Shown here piece after piece: positions 62,639 through 64,000 of a stretch of 64,000 nt of DNA (position 1 is its first letter; every line of letters starts with the position of its first letter). Origin of the DNA: Selaginella moellendorffii (lineage: Eukaryota > Plantae > Lycopodiophyta); the NCBI RefSeq assembly GCF_000143415.4, contig NW_003314262.1, positions 658,078 through 722,077 on the forward strand, written 5' to 3'. The position numbers and the translations under genes are program-made. The notes below the pieces were generated by a model. It was given only the letters and a program-made list of their open reading frames with translations. It had not been told where the DNA came from and searched no databases.

Positions 62639-64000
62639 ATGGCGGCGGGCAGTGAGGAGGAGCAAGACAAGCTTGTGGTGAAGCTGAATGAGCATCCATC
62701 GCTGGTCGGGGCTCAGGAGGCCCTCAGGGCGGAGCTGTCCCGTAAGAAGGAGGATCTGCGCGACAGGGTCCGGGAGAAACAGGTGCTCCTCGCCAGCGCC
62801 ACCAGGCGAAGAGAGGAAGTGGGCGTGCAGCTCTATGGCTTGCAGAAGACTCTGGCCAGCATCCACATTGCTGTGACCAAGACCGAGGACGTGCTTGCTG
62901 CCCGGGTGGAAGAGCAGGAAAAGGTTCTAAGCTAATCAAAGTTTGCACCGCCCTTTGAATCATCCTTGTCCAGGCCAAGGCACAACTGCTGGATGCTCAA
63001 GTCTCATACAAGGACAGATGGAGCGAGATGAACGCCATGCAAGACAAGCTCGAGGCGTGCCACATCGACCTGGACAACCTGGCCTCGACGCTCAAGCAGG
63101 TGGACAGCTACAACGACAAGCTCAAGAGCGACATCGCCGTCAGCCGGCGGGCCACATACGCCATGGAGGAGATCATCTCCAAAGCCGAGAAAGGCAAAAA
63201 GGACCAAGACTTTTACATTGCCGTCCAGCAGGAGCGGTTGAGGCGCTACTACCAGAGGCAGGCCCTGTGCAGGGCCCAGTTCGAAGGTATGTCAACACTA
63301 AAGCCGACCTGCGCTACATGTTTTTGTGTGTGTGTGCGTGTGTGTGTGTGTGTGTGTGGCTTGAGTGTGTACAGCTCAACAGCGGGAGACCAAGATGGCT
63401 GTGGCGGCACTGTCGGAATTTGGAATTGAAATGGAGAGTATCAATACAGAGAAGAAACAGCTGACCGACCAGTGGAAGTCGGCACTGATTGTGTTGGGAC
63501 GCTGCGACGAGGCCCTGCAGGTAACATGTTGAAATATGCTCTGCTGCTCCTGGCTTCATTCAGCCTGCTTTAGCTGCTTGGTCTAGCCAGGCCTTGGTGG
63601 ATGCTGCAAGCAAGCAAAGAGAGCAAGACCTGTCCATACAGGGAGAGAAACACCGGTACCGCAAGGACATAAGGCTGGAGCGTGACAAGGGCGATACCAA
63701 GCTGGCGCTGCTCAAGAAGTATGGCTCGCAGATCAAGCATCTCAACAAGCGGATCACCAAAGTCGCTGCTAAGCGCAACACCGTGCTGCAAAAGTACGCA
63801 GCCATGATGCTGACAATGGAAGAGACGGAGAGGAGCGAGGTCAAGGTGAAGGAGGAAAGGGATGTCCTCGAGCAAGACTACAAGGTAACAATAGGTGTCT
63901 TGTGAGCATTGCTGATGCATGCATGGCTTGGGCAGGTGATTGAAAAGGCTTACCTCAAGCAGTGCCAGACAATCAATGACCTCGAGACGAAGATGCTGGT
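62639..64000 (+). CDS. CCDC40: CCDC40/FAP172-like axonemal ruler coiled-coil protein (5' part, runs off the window)
   Basis: HP.L..AQEAL, REEVGVQLYGLQ, SDIAVSRRATY, KAEKGKKDQDFYI, EKKQL..QWKSALI match the CCDC40 N-terminal region as recalled. Confidence 0.8.
63325..63358. repeat. Intronic (GT)n microsatellite
   Basis: Direct reading of sequence. Confidence 0.9.

Overview
Very gene-dense nuclear DNA of a land plant with spliceosomal introns of about 50-60 bp. The short introns, a PLS-class PPR gene with recurrent 'MDLEG' motifs and retained flagellar genes (Rab23, CCDC40) point to a seed-free plant with motile sperm, most likely a Selaginella-type lycophyte (inference). The left 3.4 kb is the 5' part of a minus-strand Ty3/gypsy LTR retrotransposon. 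It has a 174-bp LTR, a tRNA-Ala-type primer-binding site, gag, a -1 frameshift signal (slippery heptamer plus H-type pseudoknot) and a pol broken in RNase H. About 29 host genes follow: menA/ABC4, RlmD-like RNA methyltransferase, trihelix TF, an unknown conserved protein, LEA-like, PPR, DUF1990, an orphan ORF, ATX3/4/5, a C-terminally anchored membrane protein, an atypical PGK, DUF493, DRP5A, 5'-nucleotidase, TPR protein, METTL21-like, HemD-like, a coiled-coil protein, eIF2D, thioredoxin-like, Cu/Zn-SOD, organellar AspRS, membrane-bound NAC, M3 oligopeptidase, FtsH11, SCE1, MAP70, P4-ATPase, Rab23 and CCDC40 (runs off the end). The most notable points are extreme compaction (start codons 29 bp apart, stop codons 0 bp apart, tandem genes 53-84 bp apart), head-to-head pairs of functionally related genes (Rab23/CCDC40; oligopeptidase/FtsH11), two non-canonical bacterial-like enzymes (PGK, HemD), a decayed duplicate of the DRP5A last exon, and at least six GC-AG introns. 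Multi-exon CDS coordinates are outer bounds read by eye. No database search was run; family calls rest on recognised motifs.
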